This document shows positions 1 to 8,814 of a stretch of DNA of 64,000 nt, piece after piece. The notes beneath the pieces are model-generated. The model was not told where the DNA came from, did no database searches, and saw nothing but the letters and a program-made list of their open reading frames with translations. Numbering within the stretch: the first letter of the stretch is position 1; each line of letters opens with the position of its first letter. A program made the translations under genes and the position numbers. This stretch comes from Candidatus Kapaibacterium sp. (GTDB taxonomy: Bacteria; Patescibacteriota; Patescibacteriia; UBA9934), in contig JBILHA010000002.1 in NCBI GenBank assembly GCA_044350705.1, positions 178,295 through 242,294 on the forward strand, read 5' to 3'.

Positions 1-221
1 CCTAAAAAATTCTGTTGAATCTCTGCACGCAGCTCCTCTTCATCTTGCGAAACGACCGCAAGCATAGCATCCGTATCTCCCGCATTTATCCCGTCTACGA
101 GCGCTCTGAGCTGGCTAAAAACGCTCTGCTGTTCACTGAGAGGAAGGCTTGTTTCTGCAAATACCGGCGTACCTCCCAAGAATAGGAGGGTGAAGAGACT
201 TATCATGAGTATTTTTTTCAT
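1..221 (-). CDS. Partial gene (N-terminal end only; rest lies beyond window start) for a secreted protein with a signal peptide
   Basis: Minus-strand ATG at 221-219 followed by MKKILMISLFTLLFLGGTPVFAETS... (n-region, hydrophobic core, AxA-like site). The ORF runs off the window edge. Confidence 0.4.
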   Translation of the reverse strand, partial: MKKILMISLFTLLFLGGTPVFAETSLPLSEQQSVFSQLRALVDGINAGDTDAMLAVVSQDEEELRAEIQQNFL

Positions 222-276
222 ATGCTTAAAAACAAAAAGATGCATTCAGTATATACCGAATACATCTTCTCGTGGG

Positions 277-2349
277 TTATTCTAGGTGGACTGCATCCAC
301 GTACTCTTTCAGTTTATCGCGTACCGTTGGGAAGTTTGCAAGGTCCGAACCTGTATCAAGCAATTGTTTCGCAAAATCTTTTGCGTAGGACATGAGATCA
401 ATATCTTCCATGGTTCCCATCTTGAATTGCTGAAATCCTGATTGCTCAGTACCAAAGACATTTCCTGATCCACGAAGTTGGAGATCTCTTTCTGCCAGGT
501 CAAAGCCATCTTGATTGTCTTCAATTGCCAACAGGCGCTCACGAGCTACTTCTCCCAAGACTCCCGAAGGATGCAGGAAGCAGTAACTCTGATACTCGCC
601 ACGTCCTACACGGCCGCGGAGCTGGTGCAACTGCGCGAGTCCAAAGCGTTCTGCGCCTTCGATATACATTACCGTCGCGTTCGGGACGTCAACTCCCACT
701 TCGACCACCGTCGTAGAAATAAGCATATCCGCCTCCCCGGCCGCAAACGCGCGCATGACGTCATCTTTTTCTTTCGTCTTCATGCGACCATGGAGCATGA
801 GGATGCGATATCCCTTAAAAGGACCGACCGAGAATTCCTTCAGTACTTCATGGACCGAATTTGCTCCCAGTGCATCGGACTCTTCAATAAGCGGACATAC
901 CACAAATACCTGACGACCTGCATCCATTTCTGTACGCATTTGCATGTATGCTTCTTCTTCTCGACCGAGATCGGTGAGGCGAGTAATGATCGGCTTTCTT
1001 CCAACGGGATATTCATCCAGGATTGAACGATCGAGATCGCCATAGAGCACGAGGGCGAGCGAACGTGGGATCGGTGTTGCCGTCATGGAAAGCAAGTGCG
1101 GAATACCATCTGCGTCTCCTTGTTTGTCTTTCAGCGCTTGACGTTGGCGCACGCCAAAGCGGTGCTGCTCATCTACAACCACAAGCCCCAGACGGTTAAA
1201 GAGCACCTCTTGTGTAAGCAGTGCGTGTGTTCCTACCACCACATCCACCACGCCATTTTTGAGCGCAGAAAGAAGTTGCGCCTTTGTCACCTCCTTCTCT
1301 CCTACGCGACGTTTTGTTCTCGTATAGAGTGCGATGGTGAGCGATTTTCCAAAGAGCTTTTGTAGTGTTTGTGCATGCTGTTCTGCAAGAATTTCGGTAG
1401 GTGCAAGCATTGCGGTTTGCCAGCTTGCTTGCGCAGCATTTAATGCAACCAATGCTGCAACGATCGTTTTTCCGCTTCCCACATCACCTTCTAAGAGCCG
1501 GTTCATGGGCTCTGGGCGGTTCATATCTTGAATAATCGCCCAGATCGCCTTCTTTTGTGCGCCAGTTAATTGAAAAGGCAATTCCGCTACGGTCTTTTTA
1601 ATGAGATCTTCTGCAAACGGCACCCGTGGCGCTTTATGCTCACGGAGTTCACGACGACTCTTTGCATGGAGAAGTTGATACAGGAAAAACTCATCAAATT
1701 TCATGCGACGGAGCGCCCGATCTTTTTCTTCAGGAGAAGGAGGGAAATGCAATAGTGGAATTGCTTCCTGCAGTGACAGGAGCGTCGCCTCTTCTCGCAG
1801 CCGCTCGGGGAGCCACTCTTCAATTTCTTTTACCGCTGAGAGCGCAGCTTCTACAACCTTCCGGCGCATTTTTTGCGTAAGGGCTCCGGTGAGCTTGTAC
1901 ACCGGCATGATCCGTCCGGTTTCTTTCGTCACCTTTCCATTCCCAATGATTTCGTATACCGGATTTACTAGCGAGAGTCCGTAGCGATCATCTACCTTTC
2001 CCGCAAGAGAAACGATCTGTCCAGGCTTTAAAAGCTTCGTAATAAAACCCTGATGAAACCACACTCCTTTGAGTGCGCCGGTACCGTCGTCAACCAGCGC
2101 TTCGGTTACGATCATTCTCCCTTGTTTTGCCTTCCGGTTTTCAATGGCCGTAATCGTACCTTGTACGGTTACCTTTTGCCCCGCTTGTACGTCTGCAATC
2201 GCAAGGGCATGGGATAGATCATCGTACCGGAATGGAAAATCAAATAACGCATCACGCAAGGTTGCAAGACCAAGGCGAGCGAAGTCTTTTGCTTTCGCTC
2301 CCCCCACTCCCAGTACCGCAGAAATAGATGTGGTTAATCGAAAGGCCAT
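277..2349 (-). CDS. recG: ATP-dependent DNA helicase RecG
   Basis: 690-aa ORF with an N-terminal wedge/OB region, Walker A GDVGSGKT, a DEQHRFG DEAH-type box and a helicase C-terminal domain. The overall architecture is that of RecG. Confidence 0.9.
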   Translation of the reverse strand: MAFRLTTSISAVLGVGGAKAKDFARLGLATLRDALFDFPFRYDDLSHALAIADVQAGQKVTVQGTITAIENRKAKQGRMIVTEALVDDGTGALKGVWFHQGFITKLLKPGQIVSLAGKVDDRYGLSLVNPVYEIIGNGKVTKETGRIMPVYKLTGALTQKMRRKVVEAALSAVKEIEEWLPERLREEATLLSLQEAIPLLHFPPSPEEKDRALRRMKFDEFFLYQLLHAKSRRELREHKAPRVPFAEDLIKKTVAELPFQLTGAQKKAIWAIIQDMNRPEPMNRLLEGDVGSGKTIVAALVALNAAQASWQTAMLAPTEILAEQHAQTLQKLFGKSLTIALYTRTKRRVGEKEVTKAQLLSALKNGVVDVVVGTHALLTQEVLFNRLGLVVVDEQHRFGVRQRQALKDKQGDADGIPHLLSMTATPIPRSLALVLYGDLDRSILDEYPVGRKPIITRLTDLGREEEAYMQMRTEMDAGRQVFVVCPLIEESDALGANSVHEVLKEFSVGPFKGYRILMLHGRMKTKEKDDVMRAFAAGEADMLISTTVVEVGVDVPNATVMYIEGAERFGLAQLHQLRGRVGRGEYQSYCFLHPSGVLGEVARERLLAIEDNQDGFDLAERDLQLRGSGNVFGTEQSGFQQFKMGTMEDIDLMSYAKDFAKQLLDTGSDLANFPTVRDKLKEYVDAVHLE

Positions 2350-2406
2350 AAAACATGCATCATCTGAGCGATTATATGATGCGAAGATGAAAAATGCAAG
2401 CTTTCT

Positions 2407-3039
2407 TTAGTCCTGCTTTTCGCCGTCCTCTTTCTTTTGGGCGGCCAAAATTCTCAGTGGGGGAATATTCATCCAAACCCAGCTTTCTTCCACTGCCCCA
2501 AAAGAGGCATGCAGATACTTCCGCATGTCTGAGGTGAAATTAAAAATAAGAAATCTTCCTCCTGGTTTTATCATTTCAGCAGTATCCCGAGTAATTTCAT
2601 CTCGCTCCTTTTCTTCAAGAAAAGAAAACGGAATCCTTGCAATAACCGCATCTACTTCTCCCCCCTTCCTCTTTCTTACGATCTCCTTCCCTTCTTGCGC
2701 CTTTCCCGCTATGACTTCTACTCGCTCGTCTTGTGCAAATTTTTTTTGGAGGTACTCCACAAAATGAGCATTCGTCTCTATTAAAAATAAACGGGATGTG
2801 GGACTCATCCGTCTTACTATTTCCTCTGATACATTCCCTCTTCCCGGTCCGTATTCCACGATGACTACCGGGCGAGTGAAATCTATTTGATCACCAATGT
2901 ACTTCGCTGCACGCTGCGAAGTAGGAATAACGGATGCAATCTGACGATAATTTTTTAAAAATGCAGAAAAAAATTCCCACTTCTCTTTAAGCATATTCCC
3001 CTTTTCATCAAGAACATGAGTGTTTTCTGATAGTAGCAT
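2407..3039 (-). CDS. Class I SAM-dependent methyltransferase
   Basis: 210 aa with a VVIVEYGPGRGNVSEEI glycine-rich SAM-binding motif. Confidence 0.6.
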   Translation of the reverse strand: MLLSENTHVLDEKGNMLKEKWEFFSAFLKNYRQIASVIPTSQRAAKYIGDQIDFTRPVVIVEYGPGRGNVSEEIVRRMSPTSRLFLIETNAHFVEYLQKKFAQDERVEVIAGKAQEGKEIVRKRKGGEVDAVIARIPFSFLEEKERDEITRDTAEMIKPGGRFLIFNFTSDMRKYLHASFGAVEESWVWMNIPPLRILAAQKKEDGEKQD

Positions 3040-3073
3040 TTTCTCTTTTTTTGTGGAATTTTCTTCAAAACCA

Positions 3074-3799
3074 TCAGGCGTGAGAAGCGCCTTCCCCCTC
3101 CAAGGCGATCACGAGCGCTAAAGTAAAACCGTCATGCCCTTTGCTTCCTACGGTTTGGATGGTTGTTGCGCTGACGCGAGGTTCACCGGCAAGCATGTCG
3201 TTTAAACTCCGGATTCCTTGGACGCTTGGGCTCTTACTTTCCTCCTCCAGTACTTCCCCATTTCGAATGACGTTGTCGATTATAATGATGGTTCCAACAC
3301 GCGAGAGTTTGAGCGCCCAAGAAAAATAGTCTGGATTATGCATCTTATCCGCATCGATAAAGATAAGATCAAAAGGCGCTTGCTCCGCGAGGGTTGGAAG
3401 CGTTTCAAGGGCTTTTCCAGGAATAATTCGTACCTTGTCTTCCAGGCCAGCGCGTACAATGTTTTCACGAGACGTCTTTAGGCACAACGGGCTTGCTTCA
3501 AGCGTCACAAGCCGACCATCCGGTGGAAGTGCGCGTGTAAGCCAGATGGTGCTGTAGGCAAAGAGCGTGCCAATTTCGAGTATATTTTTTGCTCCTTGCA
3601 TGCGTGCCAAGAGATGAAGAAACTTTCCCTGGGCGGGTGAAACATTGTGCGGTGGCAGCCCCGCCTTTGCACCTGCCGCAAGCGCCGCATCGAGCACTTC
3701 ATCGGAAGGCACGAGGAGACTATTGATGTAGGCATCTACGGCGGTACATTTTTCTTGAAGAGACACTTCTTGCATATCGCACTCCACTTTAGCACTCAT
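3074..3799 (-). CDS. Class I SAM-dependent O-methyltransferase (caffeoyl-CoA OMT / YrrM-like family)
   Basis: 241 aa with ILEIGTLFAYSTIW motif I and DLIFIDADK..NY motifs typical of the cation-dependent OMT family. Confidence 0.7.
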   Translation of the reverse strand: MSAKVECDMQEVSLQEKCTAVDAYINSLLVPSDEVLDAALAAGAKAGLPPHNVSPAQGKFLHLLARMQGAKNILEIGTLFAYSTIWLTRALPPDGRLVTLEASPLCLKTSRENIVRAGLEDKVRIIPGKALETLPTLAEQAPFDLIFIDADKMHNPDYFSWALKLSRVGTIIIIDNVIRNGEVLEEESKSPSVQGIRSLNDMLAGEPRVSATTIQTVGSKGHDGFTLALVIALEGEGASHA

Positions 3800-3811
3800 T
3801 TTATAAAAACA

Positions 3812-3838
3812 AAAAACCGACCCGTGCGTCGATTTTTT
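3812..3838 (-). terminator. Rho-independent terminator downstream of tRNA-Ser(TGA)
   Basis: On the minus strand, a CGAC-GCACGG-GTCG hairpin is followed by a T-run. Confidence 0.45.
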
Positions 3839-3839
3839 G

Positions 3840-3927
3840 TGGCGGAGAGGGCGAGATTCGAACTCGCGGTACCTTTCAGCACGACAGTTTTCAAGACTGT
3901 TGCCTTAAACCACTCGGCCACCTCTCC
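3840..3927 (-). tRNA. tRNA-Ser (anticodon TGA), 88 nt, long variable arm, CCA encoded
   Basis: The reverse complement folds as a cloverleaf: acceptor GGAGAGG/CCTCTCC, D-arm GGCC..GGC, anticodon loop CTTGAAA, 18-nt variable arm, T-arm GAGTTCGAATCTC, and a 3' GCCA. Confidence 0.9.
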
Positions 3928-4142
3928 TTATACATTTTTACCGCCCAAGTTTGCCATCTACGGTGTCAGATGCCTGCGCCCCTCCTCACCGTACATTTGA
4001 GTACGCCTCGTCGGTGCTCGGCACCTTCCTTGTATATGGCAAACTGAGCAGTAAAAATTTACTTGTCCTTCCTTATTCTTGCGAAACATCGGGAAGCGGA
4101 GATAGAGTAAGAGAAAAAGAAACTTTTGTCCACCGAGACTAT

Positions 4143-4649
4143 ATGGAAGAAAAAACGCTTTTTGAGGCAACGGTCGTATTTCCCATCCGCGAAGACGGGC
4201 AGGTGCTTCTCGCGAAAAAGACCATGAAAATTGGTGCGGGATGCTGGAATGGGTATGGCGGCGGCCGTGAGGGGAATGAGCCGCTCACAAAGACGGCGAT
4301 TCGAGAGTTAGAAGAGGAGTGCGGATTGCGTGTACGAGAAGAAGACCTCGAGAAGATCGGCTTGCTCCGCTCATATAATCACAAGTCTACGGGTGAGGTG
4401 GCTTTCGGCGAAGTACATTTTTATACCGCAAAGAACTGTCAGGGAGAGCCTCGTGCAACCGAGGAAATGGCAACTCCTACCTGGTTTTCTCCCGCCGCAC
4501 TCCCCCTGGATGAGCTCATGCCTGCAGATAAGCTGTGGATTCCCGACGCCCTCGCCGGAAAAAAGCTCATTGTCACCGTCCACTACAGTCCCTTTCAAAA
4601 AGAGCTTCTCCAGCCCATAGACGTGCAAGAAGTCCAGGGATTTGAGTAA
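4143..4649 (+). CDS. NUDIX hydrolase (MutT / 8-oxo-dGTP diphosphatase-like)
   Basis: The Nudix box GGGREGNEPLTKTAIRELEEECGL fits GX5EX7REUXEEXGU. The internal ATG at 4143 is the preferred start. The longer ORF from 3951 carries an N-terminal extension with no homology signal. Confidence 0.8.
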   Translation: MEEKTLFEATVVFPIREDGQVLLAKKTMKIGAGCWNGYGGGREGNEPLTKTAIRELEEECGLRVREEDLEKIGLLRSYNHKSTGEVAFGEVHFYTAKNCQGEPRATEEMATPTWFSPAALPLDELMPADKLWIPDALAGKKLIVTVHYSPFQKELLQPIDVQEVQGFE

Positions 4650-4900
4650 AAATTGAAAAGTTTTTTTCTCTCGTGTACTATCTTTTTCGAATTTGATTGT
4701 TTTCGCCGTGAGAAGAATTAAGGATTAAGAGTAAGAATTGAGAATTAGGGGGGAGGAATGAGAAAGAGCAGATTTGGTACTAAGTTCGTTCAGTTGCCAG
4801 GAGATTTCGAGGCTTGGCCGAGGCGTACCATATCGGTACGGTGAGGCCAAACGCAGAAATCGACGCCGCAAATGGACGAACTTGGGTACCAAATCCCCAA

Positions 4901-4990
4901 GGAGAGGTGGCCGAGTGGTCGAAGGCACCACATTGCTAACGTGGCGAAGGGTAAAACTTTCCGGAGGTTCGAATCCTCTCCTCTCCGCCA
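4901..4990 (+). tRNA. tRNA-Ser (anticodon GCT), 90 nt, CCA encoded
   Basis: Acceptor GGAGAGG/CCTCTCC, anticodon loop TTGCTAA, long variable arm, T-loop GGTTCGAATCC, and a 3' GCCA. Confidence 0.9.
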
Positions 4991-4993
4991 CAT

Positions 4994-5019
4994 AAAAACG
5001 ACTCATCAGAGTCGTTTTT
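4994..5019. terminator. Bidirectional rho-independent terminator
   Basis: A perfect 11-bp hairpin AAAAACGACTC-ATCA-GAGTCGTTTTT with A/T runs on both sides. It lies between the convergent tRNA-Ser(GCT) and the 5024..5398 gene. Confidence 0.65.
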
Positions 5020-5023
5020 ATGT

Positions 5024-5398
5024 TTATTTTTTCTTTGCAAGCATCGTGAAAACTCCCGGAGATGCAAGAAACATGGCCCAAAATACAACCGATGGCATGT
5101 CATAGCTATAGAGCACTATTCCTAGTACCGACATAAGTATCGCGGCGATTATTGCCGGCATTGCAGACATCTTCACCGTTTCTTTTTGCGCTTTTTGCAG
5201 AAGCGCTCCTCCGAGCATTCCCCCAAACGGTATGCCGATTAGCGCGAAAAAAACTCCCCCTGCTTCGTATCCCGCGGCAACTCCGCCAAATGCTGGAAAT
5301 CCACTATTTCCACCTATCACTACTCCAAGTGCAAGTCCTATGCCGCCAAGCACTCCCCCGCCAATGAGTCCCGCGAGGTAGTGTGCGAGTATTTTCAT
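5024..5398 (-). CDS. Small glycine-rich integral membrane protein (glycine-zipper-like), hypothetical
   Basis: 124 aa, very Gly/Ala-rich (GGGVLGGIGLALGVVIGG...), with three hydrophobic segments. Confidence 0.45.
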   Translation of the reverse strand: MKILAHYLAGLIGGGVLGGIGLALGVVIGGNSGFPAFGGVAAGYEAGGVFFALIGIPFGGMLGGALLQKAQKETVKMSAMPAIIAAILMSVLGIVLYSYDMPSVVFWAMFLASPGVFTMLAKKK

Positions 5399-5402
5399 AT
5401 GC

Positions 5403-6443
5403 TTAGAGTAATTCCTTGTTGAGATAAATCATCGCCTTACGGACATCAACTTCGCCAAGCATATTGTAATGCATGCGTTCTTTCATTTTTTCATAGGGCG
5501 TGTTTTGTCCGAGGAGCCACATAAGCTTTGTACTCATGCATTCCATGCTCATATCGAATGCTTGGATCACTCCTCGCTTTACTGCTTCGAGGCCTACTGA
5601 ATCAACACCAAGTAAGGTCGCGCCTCCCGGACACTGCGTTGTAACCACGATAGGGATTTTCTTTTCTTGCGCATATTCAAGCGCAGGAAAAAGCTCTTCC
5701 GGCAAATCTCCCGATCCGTATCCTCGCAAAATAAGCCCTTTTACGTTGACATCTATGAGTGCCGTCATTGCGGTTGCGGTAATACCCGGGATGCAGGTGA
5801 GACACACAATGCTTCGTTCGAAATTGTTTATTAAATTGAGCGACCCTGGATGACGTGGCTTTATTTCTTTCTTAATTTCAATACCTAAACTTATTCGTCC
5901 GAAATCTTTATCATTAAATGTTGCGAATGCATCAAGATCGCTTTCGCTCACTTTTTTTGCACGAGCACCCATGATGATTTTACTTCCAAATACCACGTAT
6001 ACCCCACTTAAATCTAACGTGCACACGCGCAATGCATTTACCAAATTGTTTCGACCATCGGTAGAAATGATCTCTGCGGGAATTTGTGCTCCTGTAAGGA
6101 CCACTGGCTTTCCAAGATTTTGCAAACTAAATGAAAGCGCACTTGCGGTATACGCCATGGTATTGGTTCCGTGTGTTATCAAAAAACCATCGTAGTTATC
6201 ATATTCTTCCGCAATTGCTTCGCCGATGATTCTCCAGTTTTCTGGAGTTGCGTTACTGCTATCGATATTGGATAGCTCTCGTACGTTGATCTGCGCGATT
6301 TCTACGATTCTTGGTTCGAGACGGAAGAACTGATCGGCGCCATGCGCAACATCGAGCGCTCCCGTTTCTGCGTTTTTGGTCATGGAGATTGTTCCTCCGC
6401 AGAAAAGAATGAGAATTCGTTTTTTTGCTTCTTGTGTTTCCAT
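5403..6443 (-). CDS. L-asparaginase (type I / AnsA-like; GatD-related family)
   Basis: ILILFCGGTISM (the threonine catalytic motif), HGTNTMAYTASAL and GAQIP motifs. The start is taken at METQEAKK to avoid overlap with the upstream EamA gene. Confidence 0.8.
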   Translation of the reverse strand: METQEAKKRILILFCGGTISMTKNAETGALDVAHGADQFFRLEPRIVEIAQINVRELSNIDSSNATPENWRIIGEAIAEEYDNYDGFLITHGTNTMAYTASALSFSLQNLGKPVVLTGAQIPAEIISTDGRNNLVNALRVCTLDLSGVYVVFGSKIIMGARAKKVSESDLDAFATFNDKDFGRISLGIEIKKEIKPRHPGSLNLINNFERSIVCLTCIPGITATAMTALIDVNVKGLILRGYGSGDLPEELFPALEYAQEKKIPIVVTTQCPGGATLLGVDSVGLEAVKRGVIQAFDMSMECMSTKLMWLLGQNTPYEKMKERMHYNMLGEVDVRKAMIYLNKELL

Positions 6444-6447
6444 ATTT

Positions 6448-7299
6448 TTATACGATGGTAAGAGAAAGAATAAGAATTGCAAGTGCGGCGAGAATTTTCT
6501 TACTATTCACCCTCTCTTTCAGCACGATCGCGCTTATAAGCAATACGAAGATTGGCGTGATGTTTCCGAGTGTTATTGCAACACCCGTACTTCCCAGGGT
6601 GAGTGCATAATAAAGAAGAATCCATTGTGCAATAACGAACAGTCCGCGTAAAAATATAAAGCGATATGTTTTTGTATCTAGCTCTTTTGGTGAATTTTTA
6701 AAGAAACATGCTGCGAATAATCCGATTAATGCCGCACGAAGCATGTATAACGTAGGCGCGTTTGTTGCCTCCATTCCACTTAAGAGATACTTACTTGGAA
6801 TTGCCGACGCGCCAAATAATACTGCGGAGATTACCGCCGGGTAGAGCGTTGCACTTTTAAACTGCTCGAGATTTTTCCAGTCTATCGATATAGCTATCAT
6901 CGATGCGATGATTACGATTGCTGTAAGCGTGCTCTGCATTGATGGATACTCTCCAAGCACAATAGCGGCAAATCCCAGTGTCGCCATAGGTGCTAGGGAA
7001 AGGATCGGAACCGCGACACTCGCTTCGGTTTTTTCAAAAGTTTTGAAGTAAAAATAATTTGCAACGCTATCGATGAGTGCAATGAGTCCGACGAGCGCAA
7101 TGCTCTTCCATGAAAAGATAAATTTATAAAAAAATGGCGAGATTGCTAACAACGTTGCGGCCATGATAAGAAAATTTGTTGCAAGAATTTTCTTTGCAGG
7201 GATGTCTTTCAACAGCACGCGCGCCAGAATACTCGCGACTGCGGCGAGCAATGCGGACAATATGGGAATTGCGGTAGAAATAGCGATCATATTCCTCAA
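6448..7299 (-). CDS. DMT superfamily transporter (EamA/RhaT-like), 10 TM
   Basis: 283 aa with a duplicated 5-TM EamA-like arrangement and hydrophobic throughout. Confidence 0.75.
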   Translation of the reverse strand: MRNMIAISTAIPILSALLAAVASILARVLLKDIPAKKILATNFLIMAATLLAISPFFYKFIFSWKSIALVGLIALIDSVANYFYFKTFEKTEASVAVPILSLAPMATLGFAAIVLGEYPSMQSTLTAIVIIASMIAISIDWKNLEQFKSATLYPAVISAVLFGASAIPSKYLLSGMEATNAPTLYMLRAALIGLFAACFFKNSPKELDTKTYRFIFLRGLFVIAQWILLYYALTLGSTGVAITLGNITPIFVLLISAIVLKERVNSKKILAALAILILSLTIV

Positions 7300-7380
7300 A
7301 AGGATACTTTATGTGTTCTTTTTTTACTATTTTTCTTACTTATTTCTTCCCCAGTTCTTTATTGTTTTCTCTTCATTTTC

Positions 7381-7929
7381 GTGAAATACTTTCTTTCGTT
7401 TTCTTATCTTTTCTATGCAAAAAATAAACTCCCTTCCGCATGGTACGCCGTTTTCTCAATGGCACTGATCACCTTCATAGGCGCTGGATGCACCACTTCT
7501 GGCAATGTTGAGGTCTCCACCGAAACCAACAACGAAGGAGCCGCTGATGTCGCTTCCAACGCTAACGCATCAGAAAATACCGGAACCCCTGCAACGAACA
7601 GCGATTCTACCCCTACCTCCAAAGATGAGAACGGCTATGCAGATGGAACCTATTCTGCAACCGGTACGTATACCTCCCCTGGAGGCAAGGAGGAACTTCC
7701 TGTTACCCTCACCCTTGAAAACGGCGTCATCGTTGAAGTCTCCATTGAAACGCCTGCCACCAATCCCGCTTCAAAGCGTTGGCAAATGGTTTTTTCAGAA
7801 AATTTCAAACCTCTCGTCGTGGGAAAATCCCTTGCTGATGTGCAACTTGATGCCGTTTCCGGATCATCGCTCACGCCCAAAGGATTCAACGATGCCATCT
7901 CCCAAATAAAAGCACAAGCAAGTTCTTAG
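7381..7929 (+). CDS. Secreted/lipid-anchored FMN-binding domain protein (PplA/RnfG/NqrC-like FMN_bind domain)
   Basis: It has an N-terminal signal/anchor ending ...ITFIGAGC with a GTG start. The C-terminal domain carries ...VDAVSGSSLT..., the flavinylation-site motif (DxxSG[A/S][T/S]) of FMN_bind domains. Confidence 0.7.
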   Translation: MKYFLSFSYLFYAKNKLPSAWYAVFSMALITFIGAGCTTSGNVEVSTETNNEGAADVASNANASENTGTPATNSDSTPTSKDENGYADGTYSATGTYTSPGGKEELPVTLTLENGVIVEVSIETPATNPASKRWQMVFSENFKPLVVGKSLADVQLDAVSGSSLTPKGFNDAISQIKAQASS

Positions 7930-7935
7930 TTCCGT

Positions 7936-8811
7936 ATGGCTTCCCAGCCGTGGATTTTTGATGCGATCGGGACGCGCTGGCAGATCGACATTCCTGACAT
8001 GTACCCGAAGAGCCTCCAAGAAGAGGCTCTTCGTGTTATCCATGAACGCATCGAGATCTACGACAAAGATTATTCTCGTTTTCGCGAGGACTCCTTCGTG
8101 ACGCGTATGTCACGAGAAGGCGGCACTTATACCCTTCCTTCGGACGCCAAACCTCTTTTTGATTTGTATCACGATCTCTATCGCATGACCGGAGGAGCAT
8201 TTACTCCTCTTATCGGAAGGACACTTGTTGAAGCAGGGTACGATGCAAACTATTCTCTTCAACCGGGAGCTCTCACTGCTCCGCCCTCGTGGGAAGAGGC
8301 GCTTTCTTACGCCTTCCCTCGTCTCACTCTTCACACACCTACTCTGCTCGATGTAGGCGCTGGAGGAAAGGGCTATCTTGTCGATATTATTGGCGATCTT
8401 TTAACGAAAAAAGGGATTGCTTCATTTTGCATAAATGCGGGAGGCGATATTCTCTACCGCCATCCTTCACAGAGCTTACGCGTTGGACTGGAGAATCCTC
8501 TCAATGTCCAAGAAGTTTTAGGAATCGTCGAGCTAGAACGAGGAAGTATTTGCGGATCTGCAGGCAATCGTCGCTTGTGGGCGAATTTCCATCACACCAT
8601 TGATCCACGCACCCTTTCATCGCCTTCCCATATTCTGGCTACGTGGGTCGTTGCGGACAACGCCCTTCTCGCTGACGCGCTTTCCACCTGTCTCTTTCTT
8701 ACACCGGCCAGCAGCCTTCATGAAGCCTACGAATTCTCGCATTGTATGCTTTATCCTGATATGACCATCGATACCTCACCCGACTTTCCTGCCGAATTTT
8801 TTACTTCTTAG
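7936..8811 (+). CDS. apbE: FAD:protein FMN transferase (ApbE/Ftp family)
   Basis: 291 aa with TGGAFTP, GAGGKGYLVD and CGSAGNRR motifs characteristic of ApbE. Confidence 0.85.
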   Translation: MASQPWIFDAIGTRWQIDIPDMYPKSLQEEALRVIHERIEIYDKDYSRFREDSFVTRMSREGGTYTLPSDAKPLFDLYHDLYRMTGGAFTPLIGRTLVEAGYDANYSLQPGALTAPPSWEEALSYAFPRLTLHTPTLLDVGAGGKGYLVDIIGDLLTKKGIASFCINAGGDILYRHPSQSLRVGLENPLNVQEVLGIVELERGSICGSAGNRRLWANFHHTIDPRTLSSPSHILATWVVADNALLADALSTCLFLTPASSLHEAYEFSHCMLYPDMTIDTSPDFPAEFFTS

Positions 8812-8814
8812 CCT

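Noticed and set aside
4725-5081. 118-aa minus-strand ORF
   Set aside because: It overlaps tRNA-Ser(GCT) and its terminator, so it is a spurious ORF.
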